64,000 nucleotides of DNA from Eledone cirrhosa (Eukaryota), in assembly GCA_964016885.1 (NCBI GenBank), contig OZ024742.1:33108001-33172000 (forward strand), read 5' to 3'. Positions 15,530 through 28,699 of the stretch are shown here, one piece after another. The position numbers and the translations under genes were made by a program. Every line of letters starts with the position of its first letter. Within the stretch, counting starts at the first letter, position 1. A model generated the notes under the pieces. It made no database searches, was not told the origin of the DNA, and saw only the letters and a program-made list of their open reading frames with translations.

Positions 15530-18500
15530 TATTTCTATTCCTTTCCTTCTTATGGTAAACTTTAAAACTTCAGAGCTGCCACCATCAATGTAGGCACAAT
15601 GAAAGGAAGGTCAGGAGAGATTGAAGAGATGTTAGAATGAAATAAAGTTGATGTGTGTTGTATACAAGAATGGAGAGAAACATCAGCTAGATTTCTTGGG
15701 GAGAAGGGGTGATGCAACAAATTTTTCTGGGTGGGCAATGACAACAGACTGGGTGGAATAGATATTATGTTAGCAGAAAATAGGTAGATAAGGTAATTGC
15801 TCTAAACTTGGATTAGTCCTAAATAGAACAACTGTAACAGTTACATCTGCATATGCACTTTAATCTGCACTGTCAGATGAACTAAAAGACAGTTTTATGG
15901 ATCCTTGATGCACACTACCTACCTTATGAGTGACAGTGACTTCTTAATTATTGCAGGTGACTTTCATAGGTATGTTGGGTAACACTGTGATGGCTTCTAT
16001 GGGGTCTATAGAGGTTACAGGTTTGGCAAAAATGAGGAAGATTTCTGGCTCCAGAAATTCTGCATTACCAATAATCGATCTATCTATAACACAAACTTCA
16101 AAAAACCAGACAATCTCTTAATTACCTATAGATCAGGTGAGCATGCCAGCCAAATAGATTTTATTGTCACTAGATGACAAGATAGAGTGATGGTTGTAAG
16201 CACAAAATCTCTCTCTGGTGAGAAATGTGCCTTCCAACATAATTTAGTAGTTAGTAACTTCATAGATAGGGTTGACAAACTTAGAGACAGTGGGAAATAT
16301 GGAGGAGAAGGATATGGAATTTGAAGGAGCTCCCAGTCAGTAACAAATCTAGAGGTATTTTGCTTGACACTTTTGACAGTAATGAAGAACAAATAGAAAT
16401 ACATTATCAAGGTGCAGTGAGAGTTCCTGAAAGATAATTTGCTGAAGGCGACAAATGAGATCTGTGGCTGGAGCAAGGCTCCAGGGAGAAGGAGAGTGGC
16501 TTGGTGGTGGAATAGTAGGGTAGATGAGACAGTTAAAATCAAGAGACAGGCATGGAAAAAATGATAGAATGGGGGAAGCAGAGACTACTACCATGAAGTT
16601 AGGAGAGAAGCTAGGCGACAAGTATAATTTGCAAGGAGGGAAGCAGAAAATAAGAAAATCAAGCATGTTTTGCAACATGAGAACAAAGACGTGAGGTGTT
16701 CAGGGTTGAGGCAGTGTGTCAAGGAAAATTGTGATGTTGGGGAGAAGTGTGTCTAAGATGACAAAGGTGCACTTGCCCTCACCAACGTTGAAAAGACAGT
16801 AGCATGGAAGTGCCATTATGAAAGATTGCTGAATGAGGAGAATGCATGGGAAAAAGATAGTCTACCTCAAATGGACCAGAGAGACTAGCCATACAAGACA
16901 GCAACAGTGTAGTAAGGCAATTAAGGATATGAAGACAGGCAAAACAGTTGGACCTTTGGGGATAGTTACTGAGATGTTGAATCACACCTTAACTACTCAT
17001 ATTGTAAACCAAGTAATACAGGATGGTATTACACCCAATGACTGGCATAACAGCATCATCATCAACAAGGCATAAAGTTGATGGACCAGGTTATGAGTTA
17101 TAGCACAGCTGATTAGGGACTGAGTTAAACTAGATGAGATGCAGTTCGGATTTGTGACAGGTAAAGATATCACTGACACACTCTTCTTTGTGAGGTAACT
17201 GTAGGAGAAGTGATGAGCTAAAAGTAACCTTCTCTACCTGGCACTTGTTGATCTGGAGAAATATTTTGACAGAAACCCCTGTTCCATATAATATGATGGG
17301 CTCTTAGAAAACTAGGGGTAAATGAGGGGTTGGTGAAAGCAGTAGAAGCCATGTACAGATGAGCAGTCAGCAAGGTTAGTGGGGAATTTAGTGCTCATTT
17401 AAGAGTTCCCCATGACTCCGTTCTTAGCCCTCTCCTGTTTATTATTGTCCTCCAGGCTATAACAGATGAATTTAATACTGGTTGCCCATGGGAACTCCTA
17501 TATGCAGATGATCTAACCCTCTCAGGTAATTGTATGACAGAATTAGGGAAGAGATTCCAAACCTGGAAGTATAGCTTGGAAAAAAAAATGGTCTTAAAGT
17601 CAATTTGGCAAATACTAAAGTCTTAGTAATTAGAAAGGAAAACAGGGTCCAGATCCCTTTAGAGAAATGACCTGGTTCAGTGTGCAGGGAATATCCCAAA
17701 TGCAAACTATAAGTACACAAGAAATGTAGTGGAATCTCTGGCAGACTAGCAAAGAACGTAGGTTTTGTGAGGCACAGAAGCAGTAAGTAGCAAGAGCTCA
17801 CAGGATATTAGCTCCTTTAAATGCTCAGAGGGTTCTGTAGTAGTTGATAGCTTCTGTTACCAGAGTAACCAAATTAGCAGTAGATGTGAGTGTTCTGAAA
17901 GTATAAAAGCCAGAGTGAGAACAGGATGGAAACAGTTCAGGTACTGCTGTTAGCTACAAAAGGTTTTCCCCTCAAAATGCTGCATGGAAGTAAGGCCGGG
18001 GTACTATGTGTAGAGGACCTATGAAGATTGGAAATAAATGAAGTTTGCATGTTCCAATAGATGTGTAAGTAGTGTGCATGAATGGCGAAGCTTCAATAAA
18101 CTGACAAAAAAAACTAAGCATAAGAAGGGTAGGATGCAGTGTGCAGGAGAGGAGATTGTGGTGGCATGCTTTTATCCAGTGGTATGCATTGATTGCATTA
18201 TGCTGTACTGCAGAAGACCTGCCTTCCCATGTGCACAGGATGAAACAAACATGTAGGAGACACTTGTCTGCTCTTTTGTTCTTTATCCCACCTAAGTCTT
18301 AATACCTCCTCCCTACCCCTCACCAGCAAAATAACCCACACACCTCACCCATGTCAAACTTGCTTATTTGTTCCCTCTAACCTTCACTCCTCACCCCTGG
18401 TACACCTCTCCTGCCACAACACACATACAAAAAATGCCAATTCTACCTTGTATGATGATCTGGTGTCACAACAAAATAGCATCCAGTCCACTCTGTTAGG

Positions 18501-18744
18501 TGGTCATGTGGGTGACACAATGCAAAAGCACCCAGTCCACCCTGTTAGATGGTCGTTTAAGTGCCCAGTCCACACTATAACATGGTTGACATTAGGAAGG
18601 GCATCCAGCTGCAGAAACCAAGCCAAAATACAGATTCATTGGAGCAAGATGTGGTCTCCTGACGACAATGTGACAACCCATCTAACCCATGCAAGCATGG
18701 AAAAATAGACGTTAAACAGAGTTGATGGTGATGATGATGATGAT
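15530..18744 (+). mobile_element. Old, near full-length degenerate RTE LINE (APE endonuclease + RT + 3' tail)
   Basis: Decayed APE motifs (VDVCCIQE, IIAGDF, QIDFI), WKCHYERLLNEEN, MQFGFV and WELLYADD. Many stops and frameshifts. Tail at 18590-18744. Confidence 0.85.
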
Positions 18745-19037
18745 AGTCACAAAGAGTATGAACATGCTGTCTTTATCCTGGTTGATAAGGTCACACAACC
18801 TAAAAGATACTCATAAAAACTAACCAGGAGAACTTTACATTTAAACCACCATTAGCACAAAAAACTAATAAGAAAATATAAGAATAAAACAGAAAAAAGT
18901 TGCTCTTAATGAAATTATGAATATGTCTAAACGTGTGTGTGTGTGCATTCGCAGATATGTGTATGCATACACATTATATACATACACTCACACGTGTATA
19001 TATATTAATATATAAATATATATTTAGTACTCTCTAC

Positions 19038-19140
<103 letters not shown>

Positions 19141-19519
19141 ATTTCTGTTTACTTTTTACACACACACACATATATATAGATATGTTATTTCTGTAATTCT
19201 TACACACACACACATACATATATATTTATGTATGCATGTTATTTCTGTTTACTTTTTACATATATATATAAACTAGTTGATGTAACAGGTTTAACATTGA
19301 GGGATTGCCAGCAGTAAAAAACATGTTTCCTAGACTACATACAGGGTCACAAGTGCAACAGACAAACACACATCTTCTATCAAATGAAAAAGTATGAAGA
19401 GGAAAACAGAGGTTGTTAAATTTTATGGGAAAGAATCAAATAAATGAAATAATTGATAAGATTAGATATAAAATACTTTTAGTTTTATGAAAGATAAATA
19501 CATCATCATCAATCATCAA

Positions 19520-21010
19520 TTACTTCTATCATCATCATCATCATATGTCCACTTTCCATACTGGGATAGGTTAGACTGGTTATCATGGTCAAGATGAGAC
19601 ATGTTGGATAACCACGTCTTGCACATATTTTGACATGTTTTTTATGGTTTAATGCTCTTCCTAATGCTAACTACTTTACAGAGTGTACTGGGGGTATTTT
19701 ATCCTGATACCAGCCCCACCACTTTATGGAGTATACTGGGGGTATCTTATCCTGATACCAGCCCTACCACTTTACAGAGTGTACTGGGGGTATTTAATCA
19801 TGATACCAGCCCCACCACTTTACAGAGAGTACTGGGTGTATTTTATCCTGATACCAGCCCCACAACTTTATGGAGTATACTGGGGGTGTTTTATCCTGAT
19901 ACCAGCCCCACCACTTTATGGAGTATACTGGGGGTGTTTTATCCTGATACCAGCCCTACCACTTTATGGAGTACACTGGGGGTGTTTTATCCTGATACCA
20001 GCCCCACCACTTTATGGAGTACACTGGGGGTGTTTTATCCTGATACCAGCCCCACCACTTTATGGAGTACACTGGGGGTGTTTTATCCTGATACCAGCCC
20101 CACCACTTTATGGAGTATACTGGGGTTTTTTTATCCTGATACCAGCCCCACCACTTTATGGAGTACACTGGGGGTGTTTTATCATGATACCAGCCCCACC
20201 ACTTTATGGAGTATACTGGATTTTTTTTTATCCTGATACCAGCCCCACCACTTTATGGAGTATACTGGGGGTATTTTATCCTGATACCAGCCCCACCACT
20301 TTATGGAGTATACTGGGGGTATTTTATCCTGATACCAGCCCCACCACTTTATGGAGTATACTGGGGGTATTTTATCCTGATACCAGCCCCACCACTTTAT
20401 GGAGTATACTGGGGGTATTTTATCCTGATACCAGCCCCACCACTTTATGGAGTATACTGGGGGTATTTTATCCTGATACCAGCCCCACCACTTTATGGAG
20501 TATACTGGGAGAGTTTTATCCTGATACCAGCCCCACCACTTTATGGAGTATACTGGGGGTATTTTATCCTGATACCAGCCCCACCACTTTATGGAGTATA
20601 CTGGGAGAGTTTTATCCTGATACCAGCCCCACCACTTTATGGAGTATACTGGGGGTATTTTATCCTGATACCAGCCTCACCACTTTCTGGAGTATACTGG
20701 GGGTGTTTTATCCTGATACCAGCCCCACCACTTTATGGAGTATACTGGGGGTATTTTATCCTGATACCAGCCCCACCACTTTATGGAGTATACTGGGGGT
20801 ATTTTATCCTGATACCAGCCCCACCACTTTATGGAGTATACTGGGGGTATTTTATCCTGATACCAGCCCCACCACTTTATGGAGTATACTGGGGGAATTT
20901 TATCATGATACCAGCCCCACCACTTTATGGAGTGTACTGGGGATATTTTATCATGATACCAGCCCCTCCACTTTATGGAGTGTACTGGGTGCATTTTATC
21001 ATGACACCAG
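19520..21010 (-). repeat. 48-bp minisatellite (~28 copies, 19672-21008) grown inside an RTE 3' UTR
   Basis: Unit TTTATCCTGATACCAGCCCCACCACTTTATGGAGTATACTGGGGGTAT. Preceded by an RTE minus-strand tail, (CAT)n...TTTCCATACT. Confidence 0.9.
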
Positions 21011-21269
21011 GACTAGTGGGGTTTTCATGTGTTTAGCACTACTGGAGAGTCCTTTCTTCCCCATATTTCCTCTGTTTGATCATTAACCACACTTTACAGA
21101 AAATATTGAGTGCATTTTATTATTGACGTATCAATACTTGTGAGTTTGTTATGGCCTTGATAGGACTAAAAAGGTTCTCTTAACCTTTTCCGTTTTCCTT
21201 TCGTTTACTAACCCATTCACAGAGTGTACTGGGTGCATTTCAATGAAATATATATCCTGTATATTTCAT

Positions 21270-21480
21270 AGTCTGCTTTATACACGGAGTGACAGAAACA
21301 CCTTGTAATCAACAGCTAACAACTTTCTGAAATTCTTCTGCTCCTATCTTTATATACCTGTAAACCAAATTCTTCACTAGACTTGCTGTTAATTCTAATT
21401 TTGATTACAACACCCATGTACAAGGCTTGAATAAATCTCATAAGCAACTCTTCAATGCCTAGATTTTCCAAAAGCAACTG
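21270..21480 (-). mobile_element. Highly degenerate RTE RT fragment
   Basis: Minus strand reads LENLGIEELLMRFIQALYMGVVIKIRINSKSSEEFGLQV, homologous to LRKLGVDEWLVRAIQAMYKETVSKVRINNEYSEEFSVKV. Confidence 0.7.
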
Positions 21481-21536
21481 CAGAGCAAGGGGCCCTAGGG
21501 AAAATTATCAAGTATATACAATAAAAGTATTCTTAC

Positions 21537-21633
21537 CTTGAACACATACATAGGGTATCCCCAAAAAAGAACACTTGTCACTAGGAACAACATAGGAATT
21601 TTACTATTACCAGGAGGGCCGAACAAAATGGAC
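21537..21633 (-). CDS. Patsas: Internal exon of ankyrin-repeat DHHC palmitoyltransferase (Patsas-like; first TM region)
   Basis: tttccag|G TCC ... AAG|gtaag; 97 nt. Encodes (W)SILFGPPGNSKIPMLFLVTSVLFWGYPMYVFK, which matches my recollection of the Patsas segment GxxGxSKxP...SVLxWGYPMY. Completes the TG|G codon left by the upstream exon. Confidence 0.85.
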
Positions 21634-21919
21634 CTGGAAAAAGTGAGATATATAAGAAGAAATTATAGGAGTAAATATAATATAAAGAAAATAATACTCA
21701 CAATAATTTTGCAACAATCATTTTCTGGTAATTTATCCTTGCTAAAACATGGGTTAGTCTTGCGATCCACATAACAAGCTCCTTAGTCATCATGAGATCC
21801 GAGGCAATGTTTTATAGATAGACATTCTTCCTAGTGCTATATTTTTAGTTGGTTCATACAACATATGGATATGGTATATCTGTTCTAAACCAAATACACG
21901 CAAGTGTATCACTCTCTGA

Positions 21920-22160
21920 TTGACCGATTGAGCTTGCTGAGTGGGGTGGACTTCCTCTCCTCAAATCGGACCAAGGAAACAATGTTTCCATTGGTCATTC
22001 CATTGCTGATACTATCTACCAGTTGCAACTCCTGGCAGAAGGAGCAAACTGAAATAAAGTGTCTTGCTCAAGGACACAACACATCACCCAGTCCGAGAAT
22101 TGAACTCACAACCTCACAATTGAGAATCTAACTATCTAACCACTAAGCCATGCACCTTCA
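21920..22160 (-). mobile_element. tRNA-derived SINE (family A)
   Basis: Minus strand has A box TGGCTTAGTGG, B box GAGTTCAATTC, then GTGTCCTTGAGCAAGACACTTTATTTC. Confidence 0.85.
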
Positions 22161-22189
22161 CTTAAGGTGTATAAATAAAAATTAGACAG

Positions 22190-22322
22190 AATTGACAGAG
22201 TTATTAGAGCATTGGAAATAATGCCTTGTGGTATTTGTTCCAGCTATCTGTATCTGAGTTCAAATCCCACAATGGTCAACTTTGCCTTTCATCCTCTCAA
22301 GGGTAAAAAAAAAAAGTACCAA
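22190..22322 (+). mobile_element. tRNA-derived SINE (family B); further copies ~23170-23310, 23330-23520, 32720-32810 (+) and 35700-35820, 36250-36348 (-)
   Basis: Shared GAGTTCAAATCCC...GGTCAACTTTGCCTTTCATCC...AAAAGTACCAG. Confidence 0.75.
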
Positions 22323-23544
22323 TCCTGGTTGGTGGATTAGTGGAATTGTTTGAACATTGGACAGAATGTTTTGTGGAACCTCATTTTACTTCCTTGTGAC
22401 AGAAAAACCTTTGATAACAACGGTGTGTCAGTCTGTGTCAGTCTTACCTTTCCTTGAACAACATTGTTGGCATAGAGGCGACTTGCATATATGAACAACT
22501 GCTTGTCTCCACCCCCAAAACTCTTTGCCTAGGCCTGGAAAGGATTTTTCAAGGTACAGATTCTCAGACATTCTATAAGAGATAATATAGGCCATCACAG
22601 GTAAATATTTCAGTCATTAACAACATTCTCTTCCTCATCATAAATGTTTGTTTCCATGTGTGCAAGGATTGGGTTGGTTTGTAAAGCACTAACAATCTCT
22701 GTTTTGATATTGTACCATCTCATCTGTGATGTCCAGTTTTATTGCTTCTTCAGAGTTGTCTTAAAGATAACTCTGTATGGAATAATGAATGAGTCTAAAC
22801 CTGCTAAAAATAACAGTCAAATTCTCTCAAATCACAATTTGCCATGATAAAAAAATTGACAAATCAGACAACGTAGTCCTAGATATACAAAAAGACAGGA
22901 TAGTTACAGATGAAATGACTTTGATTACTGCTCAGCTCAATCATGGCTGATCTTGGACTAAACAACTTCAAGGAGAGGTATTACTTTCTCCTTATTTACA
23001 GTAATTAAAAAATATAAACCAATATATGATCCTGTTATTGATGTTTATTTTGAAGTCAATCCTGTTCAAGAAGACCAGTTGTGATCATCATGTCCTTTGT
23101 AGGGAGTACATAACAAATGTACCTCAGATTTGAATTTAGAAGAGAGGAATGAAATTAAACATCAGATATAGACAGCAAATTGGTAAAACCATTAGTGTCA
23201 GATGAAATACCCGGTGGTATTTATTCTGGCTTCTAGGGTTCTGAATTCAAATCCCGCCAATAACAACTTTGCCCCTCATCTTTCTGGAATTAATAAATAA
23301 AGTATCAGTATAGAGCATTGAACTGGCAGTATTTGTTTTGGTTCTATATGTTCTAAGTTCAAATCCTGCCTTGGCCTACTTCGGTGGGAGATGTAAACTG
23401 TTGCTTGGTTTAACACCACCACCTGGCCCCCCGAGTGCCTTTATTAGAGACTATTCGGTTGAAAACTTTGCCTTTCATCCTTTTGAAATCAATAAAAAGT
23501 ACCAGTTTAGTACTGGGGTCAATTATTCTTCTATATCTCTTTCT

Positions 23545-23665
23545 CTGAAAGAAATCAGACGTGTTCAAACCTGGAGAGGATTAGGGCTCCACAAGGTTTA
23601 AAATGCCCAAGACATGCAGTGTGTTACTATTGCATGCTTATGATTCCATCAGGAGTTATGGGTCC
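23545..23665 (+). repeat. Dispersed ~120-bp repeat; copies at 32825-32945 and 37648-37762
   Basis: Shared GGAGAGGA.TGGGCTCCAC.AGG.TTAAAATGCCCAAGA...CAGGAGTTA.GGG. Confidence 0.7.
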
Positions 23666-24898
23666 ATAATTATGTATGTGCATGCATACATAGGAACACA
23701 CATAGGTACATACATATGTACATACATACATAGATACATGCATAAGTACATACATATGTATGTACATATATGTATATATATACACTGTTGAAAGCATGTG
23801 CACCATGTCTTCACTTTGAGTATATATCTTCCTCCCTTCCAACAATCTCGAAGACCCTGAGAAGTATAATGGCCACTGCCCTTCCCACCTGATTAAGTGA
23901 TAAAGAATTTAAAAAAAACTACCAATAAAACTAGAGTTTGGTGCCATACCACCAATACTGCCAAGTTTCAACCTTCAATTCTAATTATACTAATAATAAT
24001 TACTTAATTATTAGTGAGTGAAATTTTGAAGCAGAAATATAATTTTTTCATTTATATCTTTATATGTTTTTTCTTCTTTCTAGTTCCTCTCCATCTCTAC
24101 CCATCACTCCTTTCAAAATTCTAAATTAAAAACTTTTGTTTTAAACAGTGGGGTGATGGGGATGATGGTGGTGGTGGTGAAATTAATTCATTTCCTCCCT
24201 TCAACATTTGGCTAAGATGGAGAATAATTAAAACAATAATATAAAATAAAATAATGCCCCATCCCCAGCTTCTCTCCCACTACCACTACCACCACCATTG
24301 TCACCATCACCACCACCAACACAGCTACCACCACCCTCACCACCACCATTGACGCTACCTCCACACTCACCACCACCAACACTGCCACCACCATCATTAA
24401 CACTACCTCCCACCCCCACCCCCACAAAAGAATCTGAAAAATTAGCAACAACAACAACAACAACAATATGAAAGGCTAAAATAAAAGACATAAAAAAGAA
24501 TCCGACACAAACGACCGACTAATTAATTTGAATGCTCTGTATTAATCTGGTTAAAAATTTGAAGTCGTTTCATAGGAGAGAGGTATTTTTGTCCAAAATA
24601 AAATGTCTAATTTAGAACTGCTTCAACAATCCTTAGTTAGTTACTTTTGTTGTTTGTTGTTGTTGTTGTTGTTGTTGTTATCAATGTTATCATTAAACAG
24701 TCACATGATAATGACATTTGCTATACAATGCATATTTTTAAACTACCAAAGATACCATCATCTACCATCGTTGGTAATTGTTGCTCCAACAGATGGAGCT
24801 AGGGAAGCTCTCTCTCTCTCTCCTTCCCTGCCCGCTCTCTTTCTATTACATCCATCTCTTTTCATCTACCATTCTGCTTTTATCTATATATCATCTAT

Positions 24899-25165
24899 AT
24901 AAAGGCTTGTGGTTTTGTGGTTAGGGTATTCAGCTCACAATTGTAAGGTTGTGAGTTCAAATCTCGGTGACGCGTTGTGTCCTTGAGCAAGACACTTTAT
25001 TTCACGTTGCTCCAGTTCACTCAGTTGGCAAAAATCAGTTGTACCTGTCATTCGAATGGCCAGCTTTGTCACATTCTGTGGCATGCTGAATCTCCCTGAG
25101 AAGGCTCTTCCATTGATTGTATCAATAGAAATACTTGTTGTCGTAACTGACGGAGTGCCATCATT
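24899..25165 (+). mobile_element. tRNA-derived SINE (family A)
   Basis: B box GAGTTCAAATC and GTGTCCTTGAGCAAGACACTTTATTTC core. Confidence 0.8.
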
Positions 25166-25449
25166 ACGTGTGTATGTGCATGTGTGTGTATGTCTACATG
25201 GGTGCATGAGTTTTTACACACACAAATAAACACATACATTATATGCCTTTTACATGTCAATATAAAAGACATACAACAATAACAACAACAAACATTTTAA
25301 GGACATTTTTTACAATCAAAATAGGGGTTAACCTTTGCGTTTTTTTTTTAAAAAATCAATGTTCTACAGTTGGATGTCTTTGCTGGTACTAACCTTTTAG
25401 TTGCCTCTTACAACACACAGGGTTATGGTGTACATATTCTAAACTTGAT

Positions 25450-26826
25450 ATACACAGGAGAATGTAAAGGCATAAGAAGGATCAAATGTTGTGTGTGGGA
25501 GAGAAGACTGCAATGGTATGGGCATGTGATGCACATGAAGGATGACAGCTGTATAAAGTTGTAGGATGCCTTGAAAGAGGAAGACCAAGGAAGACATGGG
25601 ATGAAATGATAAAGGGTGACCTGGCACAACTGAACTTCTTGATGGAGATGACACAGGACCGAGACCTCTGGTGCTACGACATACAACAGAAGATCTGGGT
25701 CAACAACCCAATCCAGCCCAAACAGTAAACATAGTTTGTGCTTAGGAAGGGCATCTAGCAGTTGTAAAATCCCAACCAAAACATGGTCCCTCTATGAGCA
25801 AGGTATGGCATGGCCATCTAGCCAGACCACTTCATGATGGTACCACACTGTAAACATGGTTGGTGTTAGGAAGGGTATCAAGCAGCTGTAAAAACCTAGC
25901 CAAAATGCGGCCCCATATGAGCAAGGTACAGCTTGGCCAACCAGCCAGACTTGCCATGTAAGTGGGACCTTTCAGTCTCACACTCTAAATGCAGTAGGTG
26001 TTAGGAAAGGCATCCATCTGCCATACAAAACCCAGGTCTTGTTATGTGCAAGGTCTGGTGCAGCCAACTGGCCAGACCGTCCTCATAACGTGCCTAGCAA
26101 GCTCTCAAAATATGGTTCCGCTATGAGCAGGGCATGGCGTGGCCAACTGGTCAGACCCTCCTCATAACAAGACTACTCAGTTCCACAGTCTAAATATGGT
26201 TGCAGCCATAAAAACCCAGCCAAAACATGGTTCCACATGAGCAAGGTACTGTGCAGCCAACTGGCCTGACTTGCCTCATAAGTGTGACCACCTAGTCCCA
26301 CACTGTATTTGTGGTTGGTGTTAGGAAAGGCATTCAGCAACTGTAAAAATCTCTGCTAAAACACAAGTCCTGTTATGAGCCAAGCTCAACATGGCCAACT
26401 GGCCAGACCTTCCTCATAATGGGTCCACCCAGCTCCTAAATATGGATCTGCTTATGAGCAGGGTAGAGCATAGCCAGCTGACCAGACCTCCAATAACTGG
26501 ACCACCCAGTACAGCACAGCCAACTGACCAGACCCTCTCCCATAACAGGACCACCCAGTACAGTGCAGCCAACTGACCAGACCCTCTCCCATAACAGGAC
26601 CACCCAGTACAGTGCAGCCAACTGACCAGACCCCTTCCCATAACAGGACCACCCAGTTCCACATGGTAAACGTGGTTGGTGTTTGGAAAGACATCCAGCT
26701 GTAAAAAAAAATCAGCCAAAATAAAGTTCCATTTGAGCAAGGTACGGTGCAGCCAACTGGCCAGACATGCCTCATAACATAGATGCCCCATCTAACCCAT
26801 GTAAGCATGGAAATAACAATGATGAT
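25450..26826 (+). mobile_element. Degenerate RTE 3' end with multiply reiterated 3' UTR modules
   Basis: ERRLQWYGHVMHMKDDSCIK followed by repeated GGTGTTAGGAAGGGCATC...TATGAGCAAGG...GCCAACTGGCCAGAC blocks and a (GAT)n tail. Confidence 0.75.
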
Positions 26827-27044
26827 GTAGGTACTCCAGCATGGCCTCAGTCAGTCAGCTGGAACAGGTAAAAGAGTAAAAAGTGTGAGTGTAGACATAA
26901 CAATGTGATTAAGAAGTTCACTTCACAACCACATTATTTTCTGGTTCCTTTCTATTATCTGGCATCTTAGCAAAGTGTCTTTGGGTCAACCAAAGCCTTG
27001 TGAGTGAATTTAGTTGGTGAAAACTCTAAGGAGCCCCATTGTGT

Positions 27045-27082
<38 letters not shown>

Positions 27083-27183
27083 GCATTTGTAACCAGGATT
27101 GAGCAATAAATCTCCTATGTAATATCTCCACTTTGTCCCTATATATATATACAAACGTAATATATATATATATATATATATAT

Positions 27184-27605
27184 GTAGATAAATCTACCAA
27201 AAGTTTACGGTAGTGTCCAATCCGTATGAAGAACTCAATGTAATCCGGATATCATGGAAAGAAGAGATGCATTCAAAAATCACTTTCGGTGAAAGATAAA
27301 CGGAATACAGAGTCAAGATAAAATATTAAAAAAATAATGAATAAAACAAAGAAACAGTTCCTTATATTAAACAAAAAAAGTTCATTATTTAACGATCGTT
27401 TCTAGGACATATATGTGTTAGAATTGGCATGCATATTCAAAAGATCTATGTACAAAATTGTATAATTTTGTACATAGATCTTTTGAATATGCATGCCAAT
27501 TCTAACACATATATATCCTAGAAACGATCGTTAAATAATGAACTTTTTTTGTTTAATATAAGGAACTGTTTCTTTGTTTTATTCATTATTTTTTTAATAT
27601 TTTAT
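27184..27605. mobile_element. PLE-type inverted remnant: ~288-bp near-perfect palindrome (27318-27605) plus tail, in (TA)n
   Basis: Arms meet at ~27461. Right arm carries GAAACGATCGTT (hammerhead 3' half with palindromic stem III). Tail motif GAACTCAA at 27231. Confidence 0.7.
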
Positions 27606-28107
27606 ATATATATATATATATACTCTTTTACCTGTTCCAGCCATCCAAATTAAAATGTTGAATTAAAACTCTATATAATACCCTACAATCAAATTCCGAG
27701 CTCCTTATAAAACATAGTAAGGAGAAAAAATACACATAAATATATGTCTGATTATAAGGACATAAAACTACCAGGGTGAGGAACATATTAAATGTGTGTG
27801 TGCGAGTGATGTTGGTAGATGCAAGAATAAGTACTTCATACCAAAGTAGAGTTTAATAATATTCTTATGGAAAAATGGTGAGTTTTGTCAGGTGAAATTC
27901 CAGAGTAACAAGACTCATCACTTAGCCATATTCAATAAATGAAGATCAATGGAATAAGTGTTGGTATCAGGAAGGGCATCCAACTGTATAATATTCCCTA
28001 AAAAATGTCTTGCCCAATCCATGCCAGTATAGAAAATTAAACATAAAAATGGTGACAATGATGATGATGATGATGATGATGACAACAACGATGAAGTTGT
28101 GACTTAC

Positions 28108-28250
28108 CAAAAATCAAACCGTGGAAATAGACTTTTTCTCTGTTTTGATTCTCTTTTTAAGTATGATATCACAGCTTCATGTTTCCGGCCCATAGCCAAC
28201 ATCAAGGGGGTCTTGCCATTTTTGTCTGGCAAATCCACTTCAACTCCATC
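28108..28250 (-). CDS. Patsas: Internal exon of ankyrin-repeat DHHC palmitoyltransferase (Patsas-like; last ankyrin repeat)
   Basis: atcttttcag|GAT ... TTT TG|gtaagt; 143 nt. Encodes DGVEVDLPDKNGKTPLMLAMGRKHEAVISYLKRESKQRKSLFPRFDF(W) with the ankyrin motif DxxGxTPLxxA. Confidence 0.88.
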
Positions 28251-28267
28251 CTGAAAAGATATAACAT

Positions 28268-28695
28268 ATACAGTAACTATTAGTATAGTAAAATATAGCA
28301 TTGCCACAGTCTAATGACTGAAATGAGTCAAAGACTATATATAGTAGATATTAGTATAGTAAAATATAACATAGCCACAGTCTAATGACTGAAATGTGTC
28401 AAAGACTATATACAGTAACTATTAGTATAGTAAAATATAACATAGCCACAGTCTAATGACTGAAATAAGCCAAAGACTATATACAGTAACTATTAGTATA
28501 GTAAAATATAACATAGCCACAGTCTAATGACTGAAATAAGCCAAAGACTATATACAGTAACTATTAGTATAGTAAAATATAACATAGCCACAGTCTAATG
28601 ACTGAAATAAGCCAAAGACTATATACAGTAACTATTAGTATAGTAAAATATAACATAGCCACAGTCTAATGACTGAAATAAGCCAAAGACTATAT
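28268..28695. repeat. 71-bp tandem repeat, 6 copies, plus a partial copy at ~28938-28973
   Basis: CAGTAAC recurs at 28271, 28413, 28484, 28555 and 28626. Confidence 0.93.
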
Positions 28696-28699
28696 ATCG

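Noticed and set aside
19652-21086. Repeat-protein ORFs or a CRISPR-like array
   Set aside because: Head-to-tail 48-bp units with no unique spacers, frameshifts between blocks, and derivation from the RTE 3' UTR.
21920-22160. tRNA gene (also 24899, 28700, 58772)
   Set aside because: A and B boxes are present, but each continues into a shared SINE body and the copies are diverged, so they are SINE heads.
28251-28307. Signal-peptide-like N-terminus of the 67-aa ORF 28104-28307
   Set aside because: It lies upstream of a clear acceptor (atcttttcag) within the 71-bp repeat and is intronic.
28268-28695. CRISPR-like periodic array
   Set aside because: Whole units are repeated with no variable spacers, there are no cas genes, and the context is eukaryotic.
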